Positions 32,359 to 41,247 of a stretch of DNA of 64,000 nucleotides are shown one piece after another. This stretch comes from Gammaproteobacteria bacterium. Lineage in GTDB: Bacteria; Pseudomonadota; Gammaproteobacteria; SZUA-152. Under the pieces are notes generated by a model. It worked only from the letters and a program-made list of their open reading frames with translations, was not told the DNA's origin and did not search any database. Location: the NCBI GenBank assembly GCA_021647505.1, contig JAKIUN010000001.1:17828-81827 (forward strand), read 5' to 3'. The translations under genes and the position numbers were made by a program. The first letter of the stretch is position 1. The number at the start of each line of letters is the position of its first letter.

Positions 32359-33027
32359 ATGACAAAAAGAAGCGGAAGAGGAATCGTTGTACTGCTCATT
32401 GTCTTGATGATGGGCGCGGGGGGAGTTTACGCGGCGGAGAAGAACATCGCCGGTAGTATGCGCGATGACGAAGGAGACCCCAAGGCCGGAAAGGAAAAGG
32501 CTGAGATGTGTGGCGGCTGCCACGGTGCCGATGGCATGAGCGTCGACCCTGCCTTCCCGCATATGGCAGGCCAGTATGCGGCTTACACGTATAAACAGGT
32601 GCGGGATTTCCAGCTGGGTAACCGCACCGCTGACGATACCATGGTCGCCATGGCCGGGATGGTGGCCGAGGGTCAGGATCTGAAGGATATCGCTGCTTAT
32701 TACGCCAGCCTGAAAATGATGAAGGGGACGCCGGGTGATGCCAAGCTGGCCAAAAAAGGCGAAAAGCTACACCTCAGTGGCAACAAGAAGCTGGGTGATT
32801 TTGCCGCCTGTATTCGTTGCCATGGCGAGAAGGGCAAGGGCCTGGACAAGAAAAATGCACTGTTCCCCGTGATTGGTGGGCAGACCAAGGACTACCTGGT
32901 CAAGCAGCTCCGTGACTTCAAGTCCGGCATCCGTGCCAATGACCCGGCTGGTATGATGGCTGTGGTGGCACAGGGTATGACAGATGAGGAAATTATCGCG
33001 GTATCGGAGTATCTGTCCGGCCTCTGA
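32359..33027 (+). CDS. Diheme cytochrome c4
   Basis: Signal peptide; CGGCH and CIRCH; P..AGQ...Y..KQ repeats; distal Met ligands. Confidence 0.92.
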   Translation: MTKRSGRGIVVLLIVLMMGAGGVYAAEKNIAGSMRDDEGDPKAGKEKAEMCGGCHGADGMSVDPAFPHMAGQYAAYTYKQVRDFQLGNRTADDTMVAMAGMVAEGQDLKDIAAYYASLKMMKGTPGDAKLAKKGEKLHLSGNKKLGDFAACIRCHGEKGKGLDKKNALFPVIGGQTKDYLVKQLRDFKSGIRANDPAGMMAVVAQGMTDEEIIAVSEYLSGL

Positions 33028-33051
33028 GGCAAGCGGTAGTGACGAGTACTG

Positions 33052-33084
33052 AACGCGCCCCGGTTATCCGGGGCGCGTTTTTTT
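33052..33084 (+). terminator. Intrinsic terminator
   Basis: AACGCGCCCCGG-TTAT-CCGGGGCGCGTT followed by a T tract. Confidence 0.9.
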
Positions 33085-33145
33085 GTGGCGGGTATTTTTA
33101 GCCTAAAAAGATTCAAAAACCTTTTATCGGGTTCTTAGTGCTACC

Positions 33146-33194
33146 GTGCGCACAGCGCACGCTACGGGCAGGTTGTAGTGTGCGCCATGCGCAC
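33146..33194. repeat. REP doublet
   Basis: GTGCGCACAGCGCACGCTAC ... GTAGTGTGCGCCATGCGCAC. Confidence 0.65.
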
Positions 33195-33219
33195 AAGATG
33201 GACTGTTGCGGACGTGCAT

Positions 33220-34263
33220 TCAGCGCGGAAAGGCGACGAGGTGGTGGACGTCTGCGCGGATGGCAACCTGTTCGCCGATGGCGTGATCCAGGTGGCTAGG
33301 GAGCAGGGACAGCAGCTGGGTGCCGGTAGGCAGCTCCAAGGTATAGAGTGTCTCGGCTCCCTTGAAGGCCTTTTGTACGATGCGGGCCAACTGCTGGCCA
33401 CCGGGGTCGGGGACGATGTCATCGGGGCGCAGCAGCAGCTCCACGGGCGCGCCCGGCGGGCAGTCGTAGGCGCGATCGCCCTGTAGTACGCCGAGCTCGG
33501 TTTTCACGGTGTCGCGGTTCAGCATGGTGCCAGGGATAAACACGCCCTGGCCGATGAAGTCGGCGACGAAGCGATCTTGGGGTTCGTGGTAGAGATTGAA
33601 GGGAGTGTCCCACTGCAGGATGCGGCCCTGCGACATGACGCCGACCTGATCGCCGAGGGCGAAGGCCTCGTCCTGATGGTGAGTGACGAGAATGCCGGTG
33701 ATCCCCGCATTTTTGAGGATGTCGCGAACTTCCAGGCTGAGGCGTTCACGGGTGTCCACATCGAGATTGGAAAAGGGTTCGTCCATGAGGATGGCGCGCG
33801 GTTGACCGGCGAGGGCGCGGGCCAGGGCCACACGCTGTTGCTGGCCGCCGGACAGCTCGTGGGGATAACGTGCGACAAGATCCGACAGGCCAACCAGTTT
33901 GAGCATGCGGCTGATGGTTTCGCGCCGTTGGTGGCTCGACTGTTGGCGCAAGGCGAAGCCGACGTTGTCGCCGACGGTCATGTGTGGAAACAGGGCGTAG
34001 TCCTGAAAGACCATGCCCAGGCGGCGCTTTTCCGGGGCCAGGGTGAAGCCCGGGCGTGACAGGCTGACATCACCCATACGGATCTCGCCCTGGCTGATGG
34101 GTTCGAAGCCGGCGATGGCGCGTAGCGCCGTGGTCTTGCCGCAGCCGCTGGGGCCGAGCAGGCAGACCAGGCTGCCTTCGTTGACATGCAGGGACAGGCC
34201 GCTGACCACGATCTGTTCGCGGTAGCGGCACTCGATATTCTTGATTTGCAGTAAGGGTTGCAT
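33220..34263 (-). CDS. Fe3+/polyamine-type ABC transporter ATPase (FbpC-like, TOBE domain)
   Basis: GPSGCGKTT, VFQDYALFPH, LSGGQQQRVALARA, DEPFSNLD. Confidence 0.9.
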   Translation of the reverse strand: MQPLLQIKNIECRYREQIVVSGLSLHVNEGSLVCLLGPSGCGKTTALRAIAGFEPISQGEIRMGDVSLSRPGFTLAPEKRRLGMVFQDYALFPHMTVGDNVGFALRQQSSHQRRETISRMLKLVGLSDLVARYPHELSGGQQQRVALARALAGQPRAILMDEPFSNLDVDTRERLSLEVRDILKNAGITGILVTHHQDEAFALGDQVGVMSQGRILQWDTPFNLYHEPQDRFVADFIGQGVFIPGTMLNRDTVKTELGVLQGDRAYDCPPGAPVELLLRPDDIVPDPGGQQLARIVQKAFKGAETLYTLELPTGTQLLSLLPSHLDHAIGEQVAIRADVHHLVAFPR

Positions 34264-34308
34264 CGAGCGAATGATAACAGAGGCACGCTTGCCTGAGTCG
34301 GCTGCTCG

Positions 34309-35211
34309 TCAGCTGAGGAGGAATTCCAGCAGGGCCTTTTGTGAGTGCAGGCGGTTCTCGGCCTCGTCCCATACCACGCTCTGCGGGCCGTCGATGACCA
34401 CGGCCGACACTTCTTCGCCGCGATGGGCGGGCAGACAGTGCATGAACAGGGCGTCGGGCGCGGCCTGGGTCATCAGTTCGGCATCGACCTGATAGTCGGC
34501 GAAGGCCTTCTCACGCGCCGCCTGTTCCTCTTCCTGGCCCATACTTGACCAGACATCGGTGACCACCAGATCGGCACCGGCCACGGCCACGGCGGGGGTG
34601 GCGCAGAGGTGGGCGTGGTCTTCGCTGATCGCCAGTATCGCTGCGTCCGGCAGATAGCCCTCGGGGACGGCGATGCGCAGCTGGAAGTCGAACAGGCGCG
34701 CTGCGTTGATGTACGAATGGCACATGTTGTTACCGTCACCGATCCAGGCTGCGGTCTTGCCGGTCATGTCGCCGCGATGCTCGACCCAGGTCTGCATGTC
34801 GGCCAGTAGTTGGCAGGGATGGAACCGGTCGGTGAGGGCATTGATTACCGGCACACCGGAAAACTCGGCGAAGCGTTCGATCTTTTCGTGCTCGAAGGTG
34901 CGGATCATGATGGCATCCAGCATGCGGGACATGACGCGCGCCGAGTCCTCGATGGGTTCGCCGCGCCCCAGCTGGGTATCTCGTGGTGAGAGGAAGATGG
35001 CGTGGCCACCGAACTGTGCCATGCCGGCCTCGAAGGAGACGCGAGTGCGGGTAGAGGATTTCTCGAACACCATGCCCAACACCTTGTTCTTCAGCGGCTG
35101 ATAGATCTCGCCTCTGTGCTGCATTCGCTTGAGTTCGATGGCGCGCTGGATGAGGGCGCGCAGCTCGTCGCGGCTCAGGTCATTGAGGGTGAGGAAGTGT
35201 CGTACGGCCAC
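34309..35211 (-). CDS. argF: Ornithine carbamoyltransferase
   Basis: [30 protein letters not shown]. Confidence 0.97.
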   Translation of the reverse strand: MAVRHFLTLNDLSRDELRALIQRAIELKRMQHRGEIYQPLKNKVLGMVFEKSSTRTRVSFEAGMAQFGGHAIFLSPRDTQLGRGEPIEDSARVMSRMLDAIMIRTFEHEKIERFAEFSGVPVINALTDRFHPCQLLADMQTWVEHRGDMTGKTAAWIGDGNNMCHSYINAARLFDFQLRIAVPEGYLPDAAILAISEDHAHLCATPAVAVAGADLVVTDVWSSMGQEEEQAAREKAFADYQVDAELMTQAAPDALFMHCLPAHRGEEVSAVVIDGPQSVVWDEAENRLHSQKALLEFLLS

Positions 35212-35244
35212 GGTGGTGATCTCGGCAGGGTCGGGTGGAAACGT

Positions 35245-36414
35245 TCAGGCGAGGAAGCGGCGAATCAGGGCGGACAGGGTGTCCACCAGCAGCGTGGCTT
35301 CGTCGTCGCTCAGGATCAACGGCGGCAGCAGCCGCACCACCTGGCTGGCGATCACGTTGATCAACAGGCCTTCGTTCAGCGCCTGTTGCACCAGTTCGGC
35401 ACAGGGCCGATCCAGCTCGATGGCCAGCAGCAGGCCCTGGCCACGGATTTCGCGGATGCCTGCGACGCCGTCAAGGGCGGCGCGTAAGTCATCCAGCAGT
35501 TGCTCACCCAGGGCCTTGGCGCGCGCGGCAAGCTTATGTTCGTCCATGGTGTCGATGACTGCCAGCGCGGCGGCGCATACCAGTGGATTACCGCCGAAGG
35601 TGGAGCCGTGGTTGCCGGGCTGGAACAGTTCGGCGGCCTTGCCCTGTGCCAGGCAGGCGCCGATGGGTACGCCGTTGCCCAGCGCCTTGGCGCAGGTGAG
35701 CACATCGGGCCGCGCGCCGCTGTGCTGCCAGGCGAACCATTCACCGCTGCGGCACAGGCCGGTCTGGATCTCGTCCAGCATCATCAGCCAGCCGTTGTCG
35801 TCGCATAGCCGGCGGATGCCGGGCAGATAGTCGCCGCTGGGGATGCGAATGCCGTTTTCACCTTGTACCGGTTCCACCAGTACGGCGACGATGTCCTTAT
35901 TTTTGCTGAGTGCAGCGATGGCCTCAAGGTCGCCGTAGGGCACACGCAGAAAGCCGCTTACCAGCGGCTCGAAACCGGCCTGCACCTTGCGGTTGCCGGT
36001 AGCGCTCAGGGTGGCCAGGGTGCGGCCGTGGAAGCTGCCCTCCATGACCACGATAGCGGGGCGTTCGATGCCAAGGCCATGGCCGTGCAGGCGCGCCAGC
36101 TTGATAGCGGCCTCGTTGGCCTCAGCGCCGGAGTTGCCGAAGAACACTCGATCCATGCCGGCCACGGCGGTGAGCCGGTCGCCCAGGGCCTGCTGGCGCT
36201 GGATACCGTACAGATTGGAGGTGTGCACCAGTTGGCCGGCCTGTTCGCAGAGGGCGTGGGTGACGGCCGGGTGGGCATGGCCCAGACTACAGACGGCGAT
36301 ACCGCTGATGGCATCCAGGTAGCGTTTGCCATCCGTGTCCCATAACCAGGCGCCGTCGCCTTTCTCGAAGCTGATAGGGAGCCGTGCGTAGGTGGTCATC
36401 AATGTGTGAGTCAT
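35245..36414 (-). CDS. argD: Acetylornithine aminotransferase
   Basis: NSGAEANEAAIK, SFHGRT, DEIQTG, AKALGNG, HGSTFGGNP; upstream of argF. Confidence 0.93.
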   Translation of the reverse strand: MTHTLMTTYARLPISFEKGDGAWLWDTDGKRYLDAISGIAVCSLGHAHPAVTHALCEQAGQLVHTSNLYGIQRQQALGDRLTAVAGMDRVFFGNSGAEANEAAIKLARLHGHGLGIERPAIVVMEGSFHGRTLATLSATGNRKVQAGFEPLVSGFLRVPYGDLEAIAALSKNKDIVAVLVEPVQGENGIRIPSGDYLPGIRRLCDDNGWLMMLDEIQTGLCRSGEWFAWQHSGARPDVLTCAKALGNGVPIGACLAQGKAAELFQPGNHGSTFGGNPLVCAAALAVIDTMDEHKLAARAKALGEQLLDDLRAALDGVAGIREIRGQGLLLAIELDRPCAELVQQALNEGLLINVIASQVVRLLPPLILSDDEATLLVDTLSALIRRFLA

Positions 36415-36457
36415 GCTTTGATTTATCGTTGTCGACAGACAGGTTGTTAAAAAAGCC

Positions 36458-36543
36458 AAAAAACAAAAAGAAAAAGGCAGTCCCGATAGAGACTGCCGCC
36501 TTGTAGATCGGCTGATTCTATCGACTTATTAATTCCGAGGCAA
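36458..36543 (-). promoter_or_regulatory. argD promoter followed by a leader terminator hairpin
   Basis: Minus strand: TTGCCT-17 bp-TAGAAT, then GGCAGTC-loop-GACTGCC-TTTTTCTTTTTG. Confidence 0.6.
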
Positions 36544-36705
36544 TAGCGGGCCTTTAGGTACTTTTTGAAGGATTATAGGTGTTGCGGGGTGCTTTCGGCG
36601 TCGCTGGGGTTGTCGTTGCCGAGTAGAATTTTGACCAGGTTTCAGCGCGATCGCCCGTGAGTTGATGCAAATGCAACCCAGGCAGATCCATAATAATAGG
36701 GACAG

Positions 36706-36779
36706 AGAGAGAGGGGCACCAGCTACCCTGGGTACTTCCGTTATTCCAGCACCTACTCAACGGCCTTCCCCTTCTGTCC
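36706..36779 (-). mobile_element. Fragment of miniature group II intron derivative (copy 1)
   Basis: Shares TACTTCCGTTATTCCAGCACCTACTCAACGGCCTTCCCCTTCTGTCC and the GGTAGCTGGTGCC junction with copies 2 and 3. Confidence 0.75.
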
Positions 36780-36786
36780 CCAATTA

Positions 36787-36840
36787 TTCGCAAATCAGCC
36801 GCGCCGCTTTTTGGTGTCGACTGAATTTGCCTTGTTAGCT
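36787..36840 (-). other. attC-like site (R' box lost)
   Basis: Minus strand: AGCTAAC-AAG-GCAAATTCAGTCG...CGGCTGATTTGC; the arms pair with one extrahelical base. Confidence 0.7.
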
Positions 36841-37109
36841 GATTTATCTACAAGCTGACCATCTATGAATTTATGCAGAATGCTGGAAACAAGTGTTTGA
36901 TACGGCATACCTTCCATTAAGGCCTTTGCTTGCAGTGATCGAAGATCACGAGAAGACAAACGAATATTAATACGCGCATCTTTTTTGAATGTTGCCTTAG
37001 CAGCTTCCATATGCTGTTTAATCTGTCGTTTTGAATTTTTAGACTTCTTCATTTTTCCCGCTTCAAAAGCCTCTAGAATTTCTTCTTCTTCAGTGTCTAA
37101 TTTACTCAT
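36795..37109 (-). CDS. Antitoxin (CopG/BrnA-like RHH)
   Basis: LDTEEEEILEAFE, KKDARINIRLSSRDL, GMPYQTLVSSILHKF. Confidence 0.85.
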   Translation of the reverse strand: MSKLDTEEEEILEAFEAGKMKKSKNSKRQIKQHMEAAKATFKKDARINIRLSSRDLRSLQAKALMEGMPYQTLVSSILHKFIDGQLVDKSANKANSVDTKKRRG

Positions 37110-37383
37110 TTGCATCACCTATGTACTGCTTAGTTGCTTTGCGACTTGGGATAATTGTTTTGAGAAATATTTCATCCTTTTCTTCAATATAGGGAACTAA
37201 ATATGCGTAATCTTCTATCACTACAACTGATATCTTTTGATTTGGGTAAAGCACCTTATTCGGGTGATCGTAGATATCAACTTCATTACCTAGTTGTATA
37301 TTAAGGACTATTTTTTCAAATGAGACATTCCTTTCTCTCTTGAGTGTTTCATTTTTCTCGGGGTTCCAAGCATATATTTTCAT
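37102..37383 (-). CDS. BrnT-like toxin
   Basis: WNPEKNETLKRERNVSFE, HPN..YPNQ, FLKTIIPSRKATK; overlaps the antitoxin gene. Confidence 0.85.
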   Translation of the reverse strand: MKIYAWNPEKNETLKRERNVSFEKIVLNIQLGNEVDIYDHPNKVLYPNQKISVVVIEDYAYLVPYIEEKDEIFLKTIIPSRKATKQYIGDANE

Positions 37384-37470
37384 TTACAGACCATAGCTTA
37401 AAGTGTGCATTTTGTCATCAAAAAGCTAACATATCACTCAAGTTTTGGAGGGACAATAGGGGGTAGGCCG

Positions 37471-37586
37471 GAATGGCACTTCCTTAAGGGCGTATTTCCA
37501 ATAAAAACAATGCCCTATGCCTGTCTCTACGTTAATGCTGATGGTTAGGGAAAGGCCCTTTCAACTGTATGTATAGCACTTTCAAG
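37471..37586. mobile_element. Left half of an IS4-type MITE, cut by IS66
   Basis: Begins GAATGGCACTTCCTTAAG; colinear with 39957-40072. Confidence 0.8.
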
Positions 37587-37895
37587 GTAACTACTCAGCC
37601 CTCAGCCCCAAATTCAGATAAGCCATTGAATAACCGTCCGATTTTGGTATAAGCTTTGTTGCCATGCAAACACCTCTCGACAAAAAAGCCCTCAGCGTAT
37701 TAGAAAAAAATGACTTGATTGCACTGCTGATGCAGCAAAACGAAATCCTCATGGTGCAGTGCGCTCGTATCGCTGGTCTGGAAAAGGAGATCGAGGAATT
37801 AAAGGGCAAACTGGCCAAGAACAGCCGTAATAGCAGTAAGCCGCCCTCCAGTGACGGTTATGACAAACCCAAGCCAAAAAGCCAGCGCAAGATCA
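37587..37895 (+). mobile_element. IS66-family remnant (end plus 5' part of the transposase)
   Basis: GTAACTACTCAGCC end; ORF from 37664 with coiled coil and KNSRNSSKPPSSDG. Confidence 0.8.
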
Positions 37896-38646
37896 GGGGG
37901 CTTGCGACCAGAACGGCGGTGGCCGGTGAATGACTTTCCGGTCAGAAGCCGGGAGAGAAGGTGCCCTGTGTAGAAAGTCCAACCGCAAAAAAGGGCTGCA
38001 CGGGCGTCCACAGAAATGACAGCGGATACCTTCAGCCTCAGTGGTAGCAACGGATGCCGGGGCTTCTGACCGAGGGGGTAGTGGATCATTGAGGGGTGAT
38101 TCAGGAGAACCCTGATGCGTCACTTTCTTGCGGCGTGATCGGTAATGGTGTTGACGCTCAGCATGCTTGAAACGGCCGTTGCGAGTGTTCTGATAGCGTC
38201 TTCCGGCTGCATTTAGTGATGCTTTACGGGCTAAGTCTGCACAGGATTTACCGCAGTAGATATTGCCCCGGTCGCAGTGGCCGCAGATGATGACTTGGCA
38301 GTGACAACGGGCACAGTTGTAGAGACGGGCAGTGTTCTCCATCGGTGGCAACTGCCGATGAGAACTGGCATGGATGGAAAATGGGGGTCATACTATCCAT
38401 GCTCGTGCTTTTGCACGGTCTTGGGGTGTGGTACCGGGGGACTGTTGAGGTCAAGATCCGGTGCCACACCTGTCTCAACGGCTCTCTCCATTTTCCCGAT
38501 TTCTTTACTTGATGTCACTCGTTGTAGCTGGCTGTTTCTTCTGACTTGCTATCCGCAGCTCTTTTGTCCGGTTACCGCTGTTCGCCAACTATGCTCGGGT
38601 TTTGACCGCCATCTACACCTGCGCTTTTGTTCAATCAGAACGAACA
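37893..38646 (-). mobile_element. IS21-like remnant: TGT end plus Cys-rich accessory ORF (37893-38342)
   Basis: CARC...ICGHCDRGNIYC...RRYQ...KVTHQGS, recalled as found upstream of istA in some IS21-like elements; the minus strand starts TGTTCG at 38646. Confidence 0.55.
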
Positions 38647-38779
38647 AATACAGGCTAAATATGAGCGCCATACCAGGATGTTATTTCGTGCACGTTCCTA
38701 AGAAAGTGATTCATAGGGTAAGTGCTTGGTCATCAGAAAATAATCTTGTTCTTGGGCAAGTAATGGAGAGCCCTATTCG

Positions 38780-39559
38780 TTAGGCCATTAGGCCTTTTTC
38801 TTCCATGAAATCATCAGGTACATCTGATGTTTTCCATCCTGTTATCGCGAAGTAGTACAGTGGCTCGCCTTCAATTGATAGTCTATGTCGGTAGCGTTCG
38901 ATGTAGTAAATATCAAGATATTTAGAGAAAATTAATTCCCTGATCATTTTTGAAAACCCTGAGTCATCGCTTCTATCAAAGAAGGTATCCTTAATATTAA
39001 AGGCCACCCACGCTTCGCTCTTGATTATATTAAAGGCCTCTAAAAATGCCTTCGTCGGAATATCGCCGAAACCTAGTGCGGCAACCGTTACCATGCAATC
39101 ACATTGCCATGCTGCTATTTCTTCCTTTTTATCCTTGTCTAGGATGGTGAAATCTTCAACATAGTATGCATCATAGACTCCTGGCCTATCGCGAATTGCT
39201 GCATCATAAGCTTCGGGTATTATGTCTACACCTATTAAACGAGAAACTCCATGCTTTTTTAGCTCTTCTCCCATCATGCCATTGCCTGCACCTAAATCTA
39301 ATATACGAAGCTCAGTAAAGTTATTTTGATACTGTTTTACCGCTGATTCGAGAATTGATGCTACTTTACCTGGAGATGTACATTTAAGGCGATCATAAAA
39401 TATTTGTTCATACAGACCTGGTACTTGGTAAATTTCATCGTAGTCGTGGAACCTTATTTTTCTCTTACCACCTGAACCTTGAAGGTAGAAATAGGCTTCG
39501 TCTTGATTGATGCTGGTTAATTCATCTTTCGGAAATTGTATTTGGTGTCTTATCGTCAT
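38780..39559 (-). CDS. Class I SAM-dependent methyltransferase
   Basis: ILDLGAGNG, IGVDI, FHDY...PGLYE; AT-rich; stop codon lies in GCCTAAC. Confidence 0.88.
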   Translation of the reverse strand: MTIRHQIQFPKDELTSINQDEAYFYLQGSGGKRKIRFHDYDEIYQVPGLYEQIFYDRLKCTSPGKVASILESAVKQYQNNFTELRILDLGAGNGMMGEELKKHGVSRLIGVDIIPEAYDAAIRDRPGVYDAYYVEDFTILDKDKKEEIAAWQCDCMVTVAALGFGDIPTKAFLEAFNIIKSEAWVAFNIKDTFFDRSDDSGFSKMIRELIFSKYLDIYYIERYRHRLSIEGEPLYYFAITGWKTSDVPDDFMEEKGLMA

Positions 39560-39593
39560 TACTTTCCCAGTTTTGTTTGGATATATATTGGCC

Positions 39594-39646
39594 ATCACGG
39601 TAGGAATGCCGGTCACCCTTCCCCCCCTCCGCTCCCGCACGGATCC
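39594..39646 (-). mobile_element. Group II intron 3' remnant (end of DV plus DVI) of a second intron type
   Basis: Minus strand: GGATCCGTGCGGGAG...GGTGACCGGCATTCCTACCGTGAT (bulged-A DVI, AY end). Confidence 0.6.
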
Positions 39647-39956
39647 TCTTTATTGCCCAATAAGTTTACGCTAATACATTAGTTGCGACTACTTTCCTTG
39701 GATACTCAAATATTAATATTGAGAATCATTCCTGCAAAATCTTGGTGCTTTACTATAGTCTGAAGTCAATTTTATCACCTCTTTGAGCAGCAGAGGGGGT
39801 AGTTCTCGTGCAAATCGATACCACACACAGCAAATAGGGATGTGTGTTACTGTGGAGAACACACATTGGGTTTTCTTCCGTTGTTGGTTTGGTCGCCTTC
39901 CAGTTTAACCAGATAGAGTTAAAATGAGCATAAATTTTAACCGAGAGGGCAGGCCA

Positions 39957-40166
39957 GAATGGCACTTCCTCAGGGGTATATTTATAATAAGAACAATGTC
40001 TTATGCTTGAGTCTGAGTTAATGCTGCTGGCAAGGAAAAAGCCATTTCAACTGTATTTATAGCGTTTTCAAGATCAGTGATAGCAGCAGAAGATAAGAGT
40101 CTTAGCGCAAAATAAATGCAGACAGACTTGATTTATAAAGAAAATATCCTTAAGGAAGTGCCATTC
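39957..40166. mobile_element. 210-bp IS4-type MITE
   Basis: TIRs GAATGGCACTTCCTCAGG / CTTAAGGAAGTGCCATTC; flanks AGGGCAGGCCA and GGGGCAGGCCG (9/11, decayed TSD); no ORF. Confidence 0.85.
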
Positions 40167-40194
40167 GGGGCAGGCCGCGACAATAGGGTAGAGG

Positions 40195-40325
40195 GTAGAG
40201 TAGAGAGCAGGCGCCGGCTACCCCGGGAGTCTGTAGATGCTACTTCCGTTATTCCAGTGCCTACTCAACGGCCTTCCCCTTCTGTCCTCAGGGTCAGCTC
40301 CGCCAATTCGTTTACGAGGCTACAT
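40195..40325 (-). mobile_element. Miniature group II intron derivative, 5'-truncated (copy 2)
   Basis: Colinear with 40927-41058; the minus strand ends CTCTCTACTCTAC. Confidence 0.8.
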
Positions 40326-40326
40326 T

Positions 40327-40815
40327 ATGAAAGATGGGTTTGAGTTAAGGAATTCTTCTGGAAAGGGAGAAGGCATTTTCGCCACCAAATCATTTACGGT
40401 TGGTGACACAGTAATGATTGGCGTTATTAAAGAAGTGCTGAATGGGAATCATTCTCATGCTTCACAGGTGGGCGAAAATAAGTTTGTGCTTCACGATGGA
40501 TTAGTAACTAAGGTTAATCATTCCTGTGACCCAAATTGTGGTGTTAGAGAAAATGAAACTGGCGCACATAATTTTGTTGCAATAAAGGAGATTAGTGTTA
40601 ATGAAGAAATAACTTTTGATTATGCTATGCGAAACTATATTATCGACTACTTCCCGCAGAAGTGTATGTGTGGCTCTGAGGGATGTCGCGGTAGGATTAC
40701 AGGATGGAAAGATTTGCCAGATAAAAAGAAGAAAGCCTATGAAGGCTTTGAAGCTCCTTATCTGCTTGAGTTGGATGCTAAGAGTTCTTGCGCGAAAGTG
40801 GTAGGTTATACATAG
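40327..40815 (+). CDS. SET-domain protein (lysine methyltransferase-like) with post-SET Cys cluster
   Basis: KGEGIFA, VNHSCDPNC, EEITFDY, CMCGSEGCRG. Confidence 0.92.
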   Translation: MKDGFELRNSSGKGEGIFATKSFTVGDTVMIGVIKEVLNGNHSHASQVGENKFVLHDGLVTKVNHSCDPNCGVRENETGAHNFVAIKEISVNEEITFDYAMRNYIIDYFPQKCMCGSEGCRGRITGWKDLPDKKKKAYEGFEAPYLLELDAKSSCAKVVGYT

Positions 40816-40926
40816 TGAAAAAACCTAACGAATAAAGTTTCGTGTTGAGTTAAGTTCAGAAATTTGTGGTCAGAATGGATGCTGTGAAATTAGTTGGGAC
40901 AATAGGGAACAGGCCACGACAATAGG

Positions 40927-41194
40927 CTAGAGTAGAGAGCAGGCACCGGCTACCTTAGGCGTCTGTAGATGCTACTTTCGTTATTCCAGCACCTACCTCA
41001 ACGGCCTTCCCCTTCTGTCCGCAGGGTCAGCTCCTCCAATTTGTTTGCGAGGCTACATATAGGTTCACTTACTTGCCGGAAGAAAGCTCATGACCCTGTG
41101 TTACCACAGCGCCGCTTCCTCATACTACCGAGGCGTACGGACAATTCCTCGGACGGGACTTTAACCCGCTAGACTTACTGCTATTACTGCGAAC
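40927..41194 (-). mobile_element. 268-nt miniature group II intron derivative (5' domain I joined to DVI; no DV or RT) (copy 3)
   Basis: Minus strand: GTTCGCAG...GTCTAGCGGGTTAAAGTCCCG...GAGGAAGCGGCG.TGTGGTAACACA...GGTAGCCGGTGCCTGCTCTCTACTCTAG; removing it restores GGCCTGTCC|CCTATTGTC. Confidence 0.78.
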
Positions 41195-41247
41195 GGACAG
41201 GCCACGGTTTTTAGAAAACCCAGGCTGTTAAATCGTGCTTTGTCCCC
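41195..41247. repeat. GGGACAG-type palindromic element that hosts the intron
   Basis: GGACAGGCCACGGTTT ... AAATCGTGCTTTGTCCCC; extra unit GACAATAGGGAACAGGCCAC at 40898-40917. Confidence 0.7.

Noticed and set aside
40237-40326. Extended N-termini of the SET ORF (and of the methyltransferase ORF, 39560-39640)
   Set aside because: These are translations of intron-remnant DNA
36700-41060. Recurring repeats as a CRISPR array
   Set aside because: Copies are 70-270 bp, irregularly spaced and separated by genes; no repeat-spacer periodicity and no cas genes
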